Notes under the pieces: model-generated
Told to the model about the DNA's origin: nothing
The model's input: the letters and a program-made list of their open reading frames with translations, nothing else
Databases searched by the model: none
NCBI RefSeq assembly: GCF_009914755.1
Contig: NC_060927.1
Length of the DNA: 64,000 nt
Reading direction: 5' to 3' (one strand)
Origin: the human T2T-CHM13v2.0 reference genome, Homo sapiens
Position numbers and translations under genes: made by a program
Shown: positions 49,166 through 61,944 of the stretch, in pieces
How the letters are laid out: every line of letters starts with the position of its first letter
How positions within the stretch are numbered: position 1 is the first letter of the stretch

Positions 49166-49680
49166 TTTTTATTATTAAACTTCTGTATTATTATACTTTA
49201 CGTTCTGGGGTACATGTGTAGAATGTGCAGGTTTGTTACATAGCTATACACATGCCATGGTGGTTTGCTGCACCCATCAACCCATCATCTACATTAGGTA
49301 TTTCTCCTAATGCTATCTCTCCCTTAGCCCTTCACCCCCAACAGGCCCCAGTGTGTGATGTTCCCCTCTCTGTGTCCATGTGTTCTCACTGTTCAACTCC
49401 CACTTATGAGTGAGAACATGTGGTGTTTGGTTTTCTGTTCCTGTGCTATTTTGCTGAGAATGATGTTTTCCAGCTTCATCCCTGCAAAGGATGCCCTGCA
49501 AAGGACATGAACTCATCCTTTTTTATGGCTGCATAGTATTCCATGTTGTATATGTGCCACATTTTCTTTATCCAGTCTATCATTGATGGGAATTTGGGTT
49601 GGTTCCAAGTCTTTGCTATTGTGAACAGTGTCGCAATAAACCATGTGTCTTTATAGTCGAATGATTTATAATCCTTTGGG
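49166..49680 (-). mobile_element. Nested 5'-truncated L1PA7/8-like 3' end
   Basis: Own A-rich tail and 3'UTR; duplicated flank TATATACCA[C/T]ATTTTCTTTAT at 49145-49165 and 49681-49701. Confidence 0.88.
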
Positions 49681-50126
49681 TATATACCATATTTTCTTTA
49701 TCCAGTCTACCATTGATGGTCATTTAGGTTGATTCTATGTTTTTGCTATTGTGAATAGTGCTACACTGAACATAGGCATGCATGTGTCTTTATGGTAGAA
49801 TGACTTATATTCCTTTGGGTATATACCCAGTAACGGGATTGCTGGGTCAAATGGTAATTCTGTTTTTAGCTTTTTGAGGAATCACCACACTGCTTTCCAC
49901 AATGGTTGAACTAATTTACACTGCCACCAACAGTGGATAAGTGTTCCCTTTTCTCTGCAACCTTGCCAGTATCTGTTATTTTTGACATTTAAAAAGTAGC
50001 CATTCTGATTGGTGTGAGATAGTATCTCATTGTTGTTTTGATTAGCATTTCTCTAATGATTAGTGATGATGGGCAATTTTTCATGTGCTTGTTGGCTGCA
50101 TGTATGTCTTTTGAAAAGTGTCTGTC

Positions 50127-50284
50127 CTTTGGTCTGCTGATGGTTTGCTGCACCCATCAACCCATCATCTACATTAGGTATTTCTCCTAATGCTAACCCT
50201 CCCCTAGCCCCCGACCCCCGAACAGGCCCCAGTGTGTGATGCTCCCCTCCCTGTGTCAATGTGTTCTCACTGTTTAATTCCCTT
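50127..50284 (-). mobile_element. Tailless internal L1 3'UTR fragment flanked by a 38-bp direct duplication
   Basis: TTGTTGGCTGCATGTATGTCTTTTGAAAAGTGTCTGTC at 50089-50126 and 50285-50322. Confidence 0.9.
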
Positions 50285-50449
50285 TTGTTGGCTGCATGTA
50301 TGTCTTTTGAAAAGTGTCTGTCATGCCCTTTGCCCAATTTTTAATGGGGTTGTTTGTTTCTTACAAATTTGTTTAAGTTCCTTATAGATACTGGATATTA
50401 GACCTTTGTCAGATGCGTAGTTTGCAAATATATAGAACTGTTTCTTATT

Positions 50450-53400
50450 TTTCCCCACATCCTCCAAATGTGGCCCATTCTATAGTACACCTGTGCTATA
50501 TTCATCTATTCATCTATTTGTCCCCTATGGTGTCATTTAACTTGTTCTTTCATTCTCCATACATTTGGTATGGTAAGAAGAATTTATTCTAAAGGCTTTA
50601 CTAAGTTTAGGTCATTTTTTTGAAAAGCAAGTTTACTTCCTAGTTGATGCTAAGGTTGATTGGTGGTTTGAGGTGGTAACAGCCAGATTCCTCTCCTTAC
50701 TGTTTTACCTAATGCTTTCATCCATTGATGATTTTGGTTTGAATCAATTATTTCATTTGAAATGTCAAAAGGGGGAATTTTTTAAATCATTTTTTCTACA
50801 CTTCCTTCTGTGGAACTAAAATATGGTTTGTACAGGAAATGGAGAAAAAAACTTAATTCTTTCTTCTTGGTAATTTTCTGAGTATAGATTTGGTGCCCTT
50901 GTTCTCTCCTAAAATGACCAATAGGATGCTGTTTCTAATTTTTTCTTCATTTTTAATTCTCTTTTAAATGAGCACATGAACTTCTATACGTTTAACATGT
51001 TTCAATCTGTTGCTATCATAATTTTTTCTAGTGTCCAGTGGGAGTCTCTTCATGATGACTCATGTTCTTTGGGGTTACCATGGACATGACATTATTAGTC
51101 TTGGGTAGCTTATACATTTCCTACCCCAGACCTTTAATAAGACTTTCCTCTAAGAAGTTATCATTCCTGTTGATGGGAATAATACTTGATGATGGTAATC
51201 TAGACATTGGGAATTATCTTGGCTTCTAGTTCTTTTTGGTGGGCAGAACTAGGAAAGAGGTATTTTAAAAAAGAAAAAAATATGAATTCATACTGTTTAC
51301 AATTCAAATTTAACCTTGAACTTTTTTTCTTATTTTGGTGTATGTGTGTATGTCTTCTCTTGGACATGAAACATTGGTTCCTAAAACCACTGACAAAAAT
51401 TTAATCTAAAATATAAATAAAATACTTTCTAAATATTAATGTCAATTAATGTCAATATTACTACTAACATGATGCCTACTGAATAAAGTTTAAAATTTGT
51501 TTGTATCTCTCTCTATCAGAATATATTTTATAATGGAGGTACCTTCCAATGACTATGTATTAAAGTCACTAGAAAGAATTGTGTTCTCTGTTTGGTTATG
51601 CTACCATCTTATTATACAGCTAGGTTCATCTTTTCACTCTGTGTTTCAATCTCGGAGACTTTAAATTTTTTATTTCACTTTTATACAAAATCATATAATT
51701 TATGTGATTCCAAAGTGGGAACTATGTATTCAAGTATTTATTCTGGTATTGTTTCCATCTTTGTTCCCTCAACTGTGTTCCTTCTCCATTTTTATAAGTA
51801 ACAGTTAAAAATTGTTTTTTGATTTATTCTTCTAATGTTTGTTTAAAAATACAAATAAATATGTGCACAAATTTATATGTCTTTTATGTGAAAAAGAACA
51901 CACTATATAAATGAAAAAGTAGCATACAGCATAGTGGCTATATATGCTTTTAAAAAAACTTCAATTACACAAGATCTTGTAGTATGTGGTCTGCTGTCTT
52001 TTTTGCTCTCTCTTTCTCCCTTTCTTTCCGTCTCCTCCTCATATTTATTTAAGTATATTGTTGCAAACTTTTGTATTTTTGTAAGTAATAGTGGTGACTT
52101 TTATAGAAATATGTTTATAGTACCATCTTCATTTATATACTGAGTATTGTTACTGAACATGAGCAATACTGCAATTCTCTGCTTACAGTTTCTTCCTCCA
52201 CCTGCCTTTTCTTCCTCCACCTGCCTTTTTTCCACTATCAGGTTTACTCACTATGGAGTTGTCTTGGTGTTAACACTTAATTATATGTAAGTTCTTAGTA
52301 TATTGATTTGTCAGCTCCAATACTTACAAAATGGTCAGTAATCTTATTCTGCTTTCTATTGACTCTTTCCCTTTCCTGCTAGCTTTGTTAGCTGTATCAT
52401 TTTTACATTATCAGAGTATATAACATTTTCATACTATCCTCATCTTTAATTTTAGTTATGTTGTTAAATATATTCTATGCTTAGTCCATTATTTATACCA
52501 AAGCTTTTGCAATAATTTCTTATTTGTCTGAAGCTCATTTTCTAGTAGAATACTCAAGAAGGGCTAATGGAATTAATATCCCTAAATTTTTGCATACTTA
52601 CCACTGTTTGGCTGAAGAATTTATCATAGGTATATATAAAATCTTTGCCTTATATTTTCCTTTCCCAGAGTATATTTTAAAATGTTCCATAGTTTTCTAC
52701 CACGAAATGTTGCTGTTGAAAAGTCTGATGTCAATTTGATTATATGACCCTGGTATGTAACCTGGTCTTTTTGTTTAATACCCAAATGACTTTTTTCCTT
52801 TTCTTTAAAGTCCAGTAGTTTTACTAGTGTATATCTTGGTGATAACTATTGTGGGATAATTTTTCTAGGTATACTGTATGGCTTTTTTTAAATGAAGATT
52901 TGAGTCTTTTTTTATTTCAGGCAAGTTTTCTTGAATTGTTAAATGTTTTTCTGTTCATCTTTTTTTATTTTTTATTTTTTTAGTTTCATTTAGTTTTTGG
53001 AACTCAAATTATATGCATATTGGAATATGTTTTTGCCTATATTTTCTTTTTCACAGGTTCTTTTAAAATTGCTTTTTCTAATTCTGTTTGTTTTATTTTA
53101 CATTTTCCTTTTTATTGCATATTTTGCTCCCTGAATTTTTAGGGGATCTATTTTCTTCTGTTCCTTTCGTTTATTTATTTTCCAATTCTTTCTGAGTTCT
53201 GACAAATTTTAAATCTTATTCACCTCGTTTTACCATTTATTTATCATCTCATTTCTGACTTGTGACATTTTTCCAAAACTATTTTTTTTATTTCTTTTAG
53301 CTCATTTTCAAATATTACATTTTTCTGGTTTGTTCTTATTGTCTGTTAAGATATTTTGAAGTTTATTTTTCTGTTTTTTTGGCAATGATTTTGCTCGAAA

Positions 53401-55270
53401 TTATAGAATATATTCCTTTTTCCCCCCATCGTGTTTAAGTGAGATGGGTTTTCTTGGGCTATGAGGAGAAGATTTCTGAGGAGGAGGTAGAAATTGCCCA
53501 AAGTAGCTTTCATCCCTTCAGAGATTAAAGACTCCTTCTTGTGTTGTTAATGTGAGACACTTAATACTTGGCTTCTCTGTTAATATTTCCCAGTCTCAGG
53601 GCAAACCCTAGTTTTGAAAGAAGAAGTTTTTCCATTTCCAGCCCTGTTTTTCCTAGCGCTGTAGACATCTTGTCTTCAAAGTAAGTGCTCTTACCTTTAC
53701 ATGTAGTATTTTTGCTGTTGTAGTACTTCTCGGGTTCTGCTTCCTCTGAATTCTCCCTCACTGTGTGTTTGAAACTTCTTTCTACATTATCACTAGTGTC
53801 CTGCCTACCAAATTTGTTAATTTTATTCCAGCAATTTTTCCTTAGGTGAGGCTTTGTCTGTCTAGAAGATAATTTGCTGTAAATGCTTTGTCTTAAAGTC
53901 TCTCTCTCTTTTTTTACTGAATTAATATAGCTACCTCAGCTTTCTCTTGGTTAGTACTTACATGACATATCTTATTCCATACTTTTATTTCAATCTTTCT
54001 GTAGCCTTATCTTTTAGGTATGTATCTTGTTAACAAGATATATTAATAGATTAATTTTTCTGTCGCAATTAGACAACTTCTGTTTTGTAACCAGCAAGTT
54101 AATTTTATTTATATTATTTTATTACTGATAATACCTGAAACTCTTTCAACCATCTTAGAGTTTATATGTGTATAGCTTCTACTTTGTCTATGCTATTTTT
54201 TCCTTCTACCTCTTTTTAAACTGCTTAGTTTGTTTTTCTTTTATAATTTTCCCCCTCCATGAGTTTGAGGGGGAAATAGTATATTCTACTATTTTAATGT
54301 TTTTTCTTGAAATCTTACCATGCATGTTTAACAATCCAACAAAGTCTGAGGTTTATTAGTATGTCAAGCCTCTGACAAAAATAAAACACACACATACACA
54401 GACATGCACGTGCATACAGTTATCTAAAAATACTCACAGTGTGGTCACTCTTTTCCTGACTGGTTCACATGCAAACATTGTCTGTTATAGAGTTCTTTCA
54501 TTTTTGTTGTTAAAGCTGGACTTTATTTTCATGTTTTTGTTACTACAATATCGGTTTGGATTTTGATTTCTGTTTCCACTTGTTATGCTAAACATTCCTT
54601 CTTGCATCTTAGACCTTCCTTCCCAGGACTTTTTTTTTTATGCAGCAAAAGATAACTTATACAATGTCTCTGATCAATTATGGAAAACTCTCAACTGTTA
54701 TTTCTTGAAAAATTACTTCTACATCCTCTTCATTGTCTTTCTTAGGGATTCCAACTAAACATATTCTATGTAATCTCAATCTGTCCATTATGTCCTTTTT
54801 ATGTTTTTCATCACTATCTCCAAGTTGCATTCTGTAATGACAATTGATCAATTATAAGTCATTAGTTTCAGCTGTATCATATATACTATATAGCTCCTCA
54901 ACTGAGCTTTTAATTTCAAAAGTATGTTTTTTATTACTTAGAGTTCTATTTTCAAATTTCCTTGGTCATTTTTTATAGTCTTTTGTCCTGTGCTCATTTT
55001 TTATACTAATTTTTAAAGCATTTTTATACGCAGGTATTTTGTATTTAGTGTCTGATATCTCCCACTTTGGAAGCTTTTGGAGACTGAAAAAATCTATTCA
55101 TTCTTATTCCTGAAGGTTTATTTTCTTGTGTGCTTGGTGGGTTTTGATTGTGAGCTCATGTATGACTGACTGTTCTGTGGAAGAACTGAGGGCATAAATT
55201 TTATTATTTCTCTGGAGAGAAATTTGAGTTTGCATCTGCTGAAAACCAGGAGGTACTGCCAATCTTGGAT
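50450..55270. mobile_element. Ancient, highly decayed L1M fragments
   Basis: Long T-rich tract with L1 remnants ('gctgttgaaaagtctgatgtcaatttgat', 'ccagctttctcttggttagta.tt.catga.atatc'); boundaries uncertain. Confidence 0.5.
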
Positions 55271-55287
55271 TTTTTTTTTTTTTAACA

Positions 55288-55550
55288 CTGTGAGATCACT
55301 TTTTATTGTGATACACAATTTACTGGAGAGAGCACAGGTCGTGTGGTGATGAGTAGCATTACATGGCATTTTAAGCGGATACTCAAAACACTTGAGCTTA
55401 CCACAATAGCAACAGGAGGTGTCTATGAAATTATTACAGTAGTACAGTGTATACTACAGTTAATTTTATGCATTATGATTTAATATTGCATCTTTACATT
55501 TGTTTACATTTTTCTCAACTGCAAATGATGCCATGTATAGTCTGTGTTTG
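55288..55550. mobile_element. MER6 (TcMar-Tigger) fragment
   Basis: 'gcaacaggaggtg..tatgaaattattacagtagtacagt...actacagttaattttatgca...gcatctttacatttgtttacattt'. Confidence 0.7.
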
Positions 55551-56204
55551 TGCTTAACATGGGAATATCAGATTCAGCTCCTTCATCTTGCCATGGGCAA
55601 GATTCCAGATACCTGTGGGCATTTATTCCAAGACATTTCTCTGACTTTGCTTCTCCATCTGTGTTTGCTTACTGGTACCATGCAAAACTCATTTCACCAT
55701 TTTTGTTTCCCTTTCTTGGTTCTTGAGAATACCTCCTGACCCTGAAAATGCTTTATAAGATACGTTTTTAAATCTATGATTTAGTTATATTTAATGGGAG
55801 GGTCATTCACAGTATCTACTTTTAGTCCATCATACTGCTGGAAAAGGATGTCAGGTTTACTCAATTTTCACTGAAGAAAATAACTTATCCTGTATGTTAT
55901 ACTTGAAATATGTAAAACTGAGGGCAAAGATATGATCTTTTCCATTAATAAACAAATACCTTAATATTAAGTCTTCAAGAAAAAGCATACCAGCTCATAA
56001 CATTCTTTAATTTGTTCCTCTCTTCCAGCATTCCTCCAGGGAGTTAATTGAAAAATATAGTTTCACTGCAGTTTATTTATTAAGTAAACTTTTAAAAAAT
56101 TAGATCTAGGCATGGTTCTATAAGACACCTGATTTCAAAATTTTTTGAAAATGTATTTTTAAATTTATTAATATAAAACATGACATAAAATTAGGAAAAA
56201 TTAC

Positions 56205-56349
56205 CTGTAACTCTGCCTTTTTAACTTTGAGCCAAGACATTTGTACAGCACAGTTAGAGGTACAAGCCCTAATGCAAGTGTTCCCTCAATTACAAATTCG
56301 TCTGCTGGGTAAGAGCACGAGAATCTGTGAAGCCTTGCAGAAGAAAAAT
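56205..56349 (-). pseudogene. Candidate exon (145 bp) of putative decayed gene or lncRNA
   Basis: Very strong acceptor tctttttctccttctag, donor CAG|GTAATT; one frame fully open (FSSARLHRFSCSYPADEFVIEGTLALGLVPLTVLYKCLGSKLKRQSY). Confidence 0.5.
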
Positions 56350-57784
56350 CTAGAAGGAGAAAAAGACCTTTTTCTTGACCCATGGGGACCAAGAATGTCT
56401 GTTGAAGAATGTCCACTCTTGAACCTTTTCCCAGACCCACCAATTGGGATCTGAATTTTGAGAAACTCTCTGAGTGATGGGTTGTTCACAGGTGAAGTTT
56501 CACCACCATTGGCTTAACGGTTCTCATCAATTTCTTACTGAGCAGAAACTAGATGTTGATATCACACTCCCACCAGCTATGCTTTGGGTTGTTTTAATTA
56601 TCTATGCTGAAGTTAATATGAGGTAGATGCTATGTAGTTATTCCAGATTGTGGGTGCGGTCACCCTTAAAAACATTGTTTATTACACTAATAAGCTTTTT
56701 AAGTTCATAGATTCTTGATGTAACTGTCATTTTTAACTCCAATATGATATCCTAATGAGAATAAATCACACTTTCTTTAGCCATTCCTTCATTGTTGTAC
56801 ATTTAAACTATTTCCAACTTGCTGCTATGATATATAATACTGTAATAAACTTCTATATGCATAGACTTTTTTTCAGTTTTAGTATTTTCAGTTTTAGTAT
56901 TATTTCTTTGCACTTACTTAGATTTGGAATTACTGGAAAGTCTGAAGTGTAAACACACTTAAGATTTTTGATGAGGATTGCCAAATTGCTTTCCAAAAAT
57001 TTATACTAATTCAAACTGCTGCCAGCAATGTAAGAATATATTTCAGGTTATCCTAGCCAGCGCTGGGCATTATCATTCATCTATTAGGCAACTAGTGTTC
57101 TTATTGATTTTTGATTTTCTGCTTTTGGATTCTACCAAGTCTACTTAACAAGTCATCAGAAAGTGCTGGACTGAGTGAGGAGTGAAAAGATGTAGGGATG
57201 AGGGCATGTCAATTGTTTGGACATCCATCATATAATCTGTCTGTATCTGTGTCCTCTTGGTCTTCCAAATTGCAGGCCATTTAGCTTCTTTCAACCTTTA
57301 TCTCCTCATTCATGAAATGAGGGGGCAAGGACAGCTAGCAAGGTCCTATTTGGCTTCAAGGTTCTGATACATCTGTTAATGTGAGCCTAATCTTTCATAT
57401 CTGTGCAAATTTCTCTGGTTGTCCTGTCAATAGTTGCAGAAATTTGTCTATCATGCATATCACTTTCTTTTCTTTGGTGTCTTCAGTAGAAAGTATTTTA
57501 GATCTTGCTCTTCCTATGCTCTCACTCTCCCTTTTGAAAATTCCGATTTTAAAAAATGCAAATTTGGTATATGAATATTTAAAAAGTGATTTCCATTTAA
57601 CAAATTACACATGATCACATAATTCCCAGTGTGACTTTGCATCAGGGAAGAAGTGAGAATATGTATCTTATACTAAATGCATAGCATTTAAATACTTTAA
57701 TACAAACAAACTGCATTTGAATAATATTAATCTCTTCTAAAAAGACCTTGCAAAGCACATTAAATATTTAAAACTTTCACTTGC

Positions 57785-57924
57785 TACAAAGTTCTTGAAC
57801 GACTTGACCATTTCTACTTTTCTCTGTTATTTGTAAGTTTGGAGAATCTTGGTATTTTTCTATGCATTATTGCGAATTTTGAATCTCCACTTGTGAAGAT
57901 TTTCTCCCACAAGGATGGGGTGAA
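57785..57924 (-). pseudogene. Candidate exon (140 bp), GC-type or decayed donor
   Basis: Acceptor agcttttcag, donor GTA|GCAAGT; 1-2 stops per frame. Confidence 0.35.
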
Positions 57925-58296
57925 CTGAAAAGCTAAGTGTCCCTCAGGGTAGAATGTGATAAACCCATAATGTTACATGCAGCAGTGAGGAGAACCGAGT
58001 ATGTGGTAACAGGAAGGAAATTGTCCAATATATAAGGTCCTGCCTAAGAGCGGTGGAAACATAGATTCTTTGAATTGGCCATGATCTTTGAAATCATCAG
58101 TAAAGCCACCTATTTATTAGAGAATCCAGGTACCACATCTCCTGGTGGTTGGTCAGCCAGTCACTTCTTGTATACTTTCAGTGTTTAGGAGCTCAGCATT
58201 TCACAAGCCAGCCCAATGTAGACTGTAGGTGGAAAGTATTCAATTTGGGAAAGTTCTTATTTATCTTGAGTTCAATTCTACTCTCTCTGAGCCATG

Positions 58297-58366
58297 ACTT
58301 TAGGAATTACCTAATCCCATGAAATCACTCCTGGAGCAATTACATGGATTAGGTAATTCCTAAAGT
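58297..58366. repeat. Near-perfect 70-nt palindrome/hairpin
   Basis: Perfect 21-bp arms ACTTTAGGAATTACCTAATCC (58297-58317) and GGATTAGGTAATTCCTAAAGT (58346-58366); the inner segment also pairs imperfectly. Confidence 0.95.
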
Positions 58367-58509
58367 TACTTTGTATACAATGATTTTCTGTAGGTGTGTT
58401 TGCCACTCTTAGCAATGATTAAAAATAAGTTTCACAAAAAGGAATGATTTTCCAAGTACACATTGAGAGAAATGAATTAAATATAAGTTAGGAATTATCA
58501 GTAGTGATA

Positions 58510-58665
58510 TTGATGATAATAAGAACAAAACCTAGCATATAGTGTTTCTTCTGTGCCAGGCACTGCCCTAAGTGTTTTATATACATGAACTCATTTGATA
58601 TAAGGCATCCTATGAGGTATGTACTATTATCCCCACTTTGCAGATGGGGAAACTGAGGCAGAAAA
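58510..58665 (-). mobile_element. MIR SINE
   Basis: 'tgtgccaggcactgccctaagtg...cctatgaggta.gtactattatccccactttgcagatggggaaactgaggcag'. Confidence 0.88.
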
Positions 58666-58668
58666 AAT

Positions 58669-58708
58669 TGTATTAGTCAAGATTCCCCAGAGAAACATAA
58701 TCAACAGG

Positions 58709-58778
<70 letters not shown>

Positions 58779-59196
58779 AGAGATTATAAGGCTTTAGCTC
58801 ATGTGATTATGGAGGCTGAGAAGTCCTACAACCTGCTGTCTGCAAGCCGGAGACTCAGGAAAGTGATGGTGTAGTTTGAGGGCCTAAGAGCCAGAGTTGA
58901 TGGTGTAGATCTCAATCCAGGTCTGAAGGCCTGAGAATAAGGGGCAACAAGGGCAGGAGATCAATGTCCCAACTCAAGTAGTCAGGCAGAGTTAACTCAA
59001 CCTTCCTCCACATATTTGTTCTATTCAAAAGATTGGGGGATGCCTGCCCACATTGAGAGGGTCATTGCTTTACTCAGTCTGGTAATTCCAATGCTAATCT
59101 CTTCTGGAGACATCCTCACAGACACACCCAGAGATAATGTTGATATCTGGGCATCCCATGGCCCAGTCAAGTTGATACATGAAATTAACCATGACA
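58669..59196 (-). mobile_element. MLT2-family (ERVL) solo LTR
   Basis: 'tgtattagtcaagattccccagagaaaca...tgtgattatggaggctgagaagtcc...gcccagtcaagttgatacatgaaattaaccatgaca'. Confidence 0.85.
58711..58775. repeat. Compound (TA)n(GA)n microsatellite
   Basis: Seen directly, inside the MLT2 LTR. Confidence 0.97.
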
Positions 59197-59364
59197 GAAG
59201 CTAAATAAATTTTTCAGTTATTCCCATATAGCTAGTAAGTGACTGTTATTGGTTTTAAATACAATAGTTTGCTCCAGAGTTTGGGATCTTACAGATTATG
59301 CTATACCTAGAGTGAGCACATAATTTATCATTCAAACCAAGACACTTCCCTGCCCCCGCCCCGC

Positions 59365-59630
59365 TTTTTTTGAGACAGTCTCTCTCTGTTGCCCAGGCTG
59401 CAGTGAAGTGACATGATCATAGCTCACTGCAGCCTTGATCTTCTGGGCTCAAGCGATCCTGCCACCCCAGCCTCCCATGTAGCTGGGACTACAGGTTTGC
59501 CATCATACCTGGCTAATTTTTTTTTAAGAGATGAGGTCTTGCCATATTGTCCAGGCTGGTCTTGAACTCCTGGCTTCAAGCAATTCTCCACCTTGGCCTC
59601 CCAAAGAACTGGGATTACAGGCATGGGCCA
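59365..59630 (-). mobile_element. AluJ-like
   Basis: 'catagctcactgcagccttga.cttctgggctcaagcgatcct', diagnostic of AluJ. Confidence 0.9.
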
Positions 59631-59759
59631 ACATGTTTGCCAACACTTTTGAAAATGAAAAGGAGCACTAGTAATAATTAGTCCAGAACAACACCCCAGC
59701 TACATGCTTCTCAGATGACAGGCTGATAAAAATGTATTGAAAGGGCCCAATATGACCAT

Positions 59760-60070
59760 GAAGGGCAGATCTAAGTTTTGTGGGCCCCAAATGTTATGCA
59801 ATGTTGAGGGCCCTCTTTCAGAAAAAGAACATGACATTATGAATACATTCAATATCAAAGTGTTTTTTTTTTTCAAATACAAGAAAAAAGTCACAACAAA
59901 TTAATGGAAACTTGGGGATTCAAGTCCCTTTCTTCTGAGATCTATTTGAGAAACTTCCCAGACACCCCTGACTGTAACTTGTCTTCTCTCCCACTTGGAA
60001 CATTCTAGAACTCCAAGATTTCACAGGGTGGTGCATATCACAGGCCTTGAAGCTTAAGCTTCAGTAGATC
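59760..60070. mobile_element. hAT-type DNA transposon remnant
   Basis: 'ggcagatctaagttttgtgggcc...gggccctcttt.agaaaa' and 'gaagcttaagcttc' resemble old hAT-Tip100 elements. Confidence 0.45.
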
Positions 60071-60465
60071 TATTTCTGTTCACCTTTTTTCAGGTGACTT
60101 AGAGCACCTAGTGTTTGCGGTGCTCATTACGTGGTAAGATAAAGCAGCACTTAAAAATACATGTCAAAGGATCACCACAGACATGTCAAAAGGGCCACTT
60201 TATAGTCTCCTGGTCCTTGTAAGGCATGGTTTAGATCTTCTGGGTCTACAAGAAAAGTTCCTGCCCAGGCAGGTGGTCTGGCAACTTACCGTGAATGGGT
60301 TCTAGGTTTCTGGTATGAATCCAGGATGAATATATTATATGAATTATATATTCATATAATATTGAAGCAAATACTATATTATGCTCTTTAAAATTAAAGC
60401 TACAGTAGGATTTAGGACTATGCCAATGCAATACACTAGGGAGAGGGGGATCGAAGATTCCTTAC

Positions 60466-60640
60466 CATTTTCTCAGAGACAATTCTTCATCACATTTTTA
60501 AAAAGATGTTTTACTGGCCAGTGTGTGGTTTTGACATGACCTTATCTCTCTGCCCTAGTGACTTTTGATTCTCTCTCTGTCTGTCTGTCAGGTCAGCTAT
60601 AACTTCATAATCTGGATTCCCAGCCTTAGAATACCTGTTT
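60466..60640 (-). pseudogene. Candidate exon (175 bp) of putative decayed gene or lncRNA
   Basis: Strong acceptor aattttttctttatag, donor ATG|GTAAGG; reads NRYSKAGNPDYEVIADLTDRQRENQKSLGQRDKVMSKPHTGQ*... Confidence 0.5.
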
Positions 60641-61733
60641 CTATAAAGAAAAAATTTGTCATTTTTTATCCTGCAAGGTCTGGTACTTCTATCTAGGAAT
60701 CTCATAGTGTCATATGCATTAGCAACATTAGATTATTACTAATAAAAGATAAGAAAGCTAAGTGCTTCCTGCAAAACGATCACTTATGTGTGGTTATGTA
60801 TAATTTGAATGCTCTCAGAAATATAAATTAAGTTCTTGATAGTGTTCTATTGTGCAATGCCAACTTCATTCTCCTTCCTCTCTTCTCCTCTGCTGCAGTC
60901 CTCCCTCACCTGTTCTCTCCCCACTCTATCTCCCTTTTCCCTTAATCTTCTAAGACAGCAACTCAGTTTTGGTTAGGAGAAGGTTAAATATCACTTCACT
61001 TTTTTTTTTTTTAATTTTTATCGGTAGTAAAGGGATAATGGCATAATGGCACTGAGGTGCCTGCAAAAAAAGAGAGAATTAGAAATAGGAACTGAAGACG
61101 TCTTCCTTACCGTCCTAATGAAGATTTCCCAGGGAGTCTGAAATCTGAAGCTAGCACTACTGTCTGTCAGTCCAAGTTCATTATATTACTGTTTGTCTTG
61201 TTTAGATTATATATCCCCTGGGCAAGAGGCTGGGTGGTTTTATCACAGTACCCATGGCTCTGTCAACATCATCTAAATTAAAGCAAACACTCTTCTTGAA
61301 TGGCAGCTTTTGATCATGTCTCCCTGTGCCCAGACTGCTTAGGACTGAGAGGTTTGAGTTAGTTAGCTATGACACCATTAAAATGAACTGAACCTAAAAT
61401 GACTGGGATGTTCTTGAGAAAATTCGTTTTCTCATCCTGACATGGGCTGCAGAAGACACATTGAAGCTGTAAAACACAGCTTGGAAATGACTGGACTAAT
61501 TTTAGAACTCGTTTACACAGCTGCTCCACTGGAAAGCAGACTTTCTTTGTAATTCTTGCTCTGGGATGGCTTGCCTTTTATTTAATTAAAAATGATTGGC
61601 AAGGCAGGCTTTTGATACAACCGGGTCCACAGTAAAACTGCAAGGCAAGTGTAGTTGCAGTAGCTCTCTGACATTCTGCTTTATTAGATGTCAGTTTATA
61701 ATTAAAAGTTGAGTGGCAGAAGTCTGAGTGTAC

Positions 61734-61944
61734 CCAGAAAAATGATCTTGAGGGTCTTAATTATTTCCAGCCATCTTCCTGGCAAATATGTGAGACTGTA
61801 AGTTCCGATATAGAGGGAGTCATTTAGACCTTTGGCATTGCCCAAACATTCTCTTTGAAAAATGCAGAAATAGAGACTGCTCTGGGGTTTAAAACCTGGA
61901 CGAGGGAAATTCATATTTTGAAATGCTATTGAAACCATCTCCTG
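61734..61944 (-). pseudogene. Candidate exon (~210 bp)
   Basis: NAGNAG acceptor ccttttgcctagcag after a long pyrimidine tract; weak donor TGG|GTACAC; reads ...PEQSLFLHFSKRMFGQCQRSK*LPLYRNLQSHIFARKM. Confidence 0.3.

Larger units (their letters stand above)
48805..50430 (-). mobile_element. 5'-truncated L1 (L1PA11-13-like) containing two nested L1 pieces
   Basis: 3'UTR 'ggggtacatgtgaagatttgttatataggtaaact...ttgtcacccaggtattaagcctagtacccaatag'; continues after 49701. Confidence 0.88.

Noticed and set aside
52189-52227. 19-bp tandem duplication (tttcttcctccacctgcct x2)
   Set aside because: Ordinary slippage duplication in an old L1 region.
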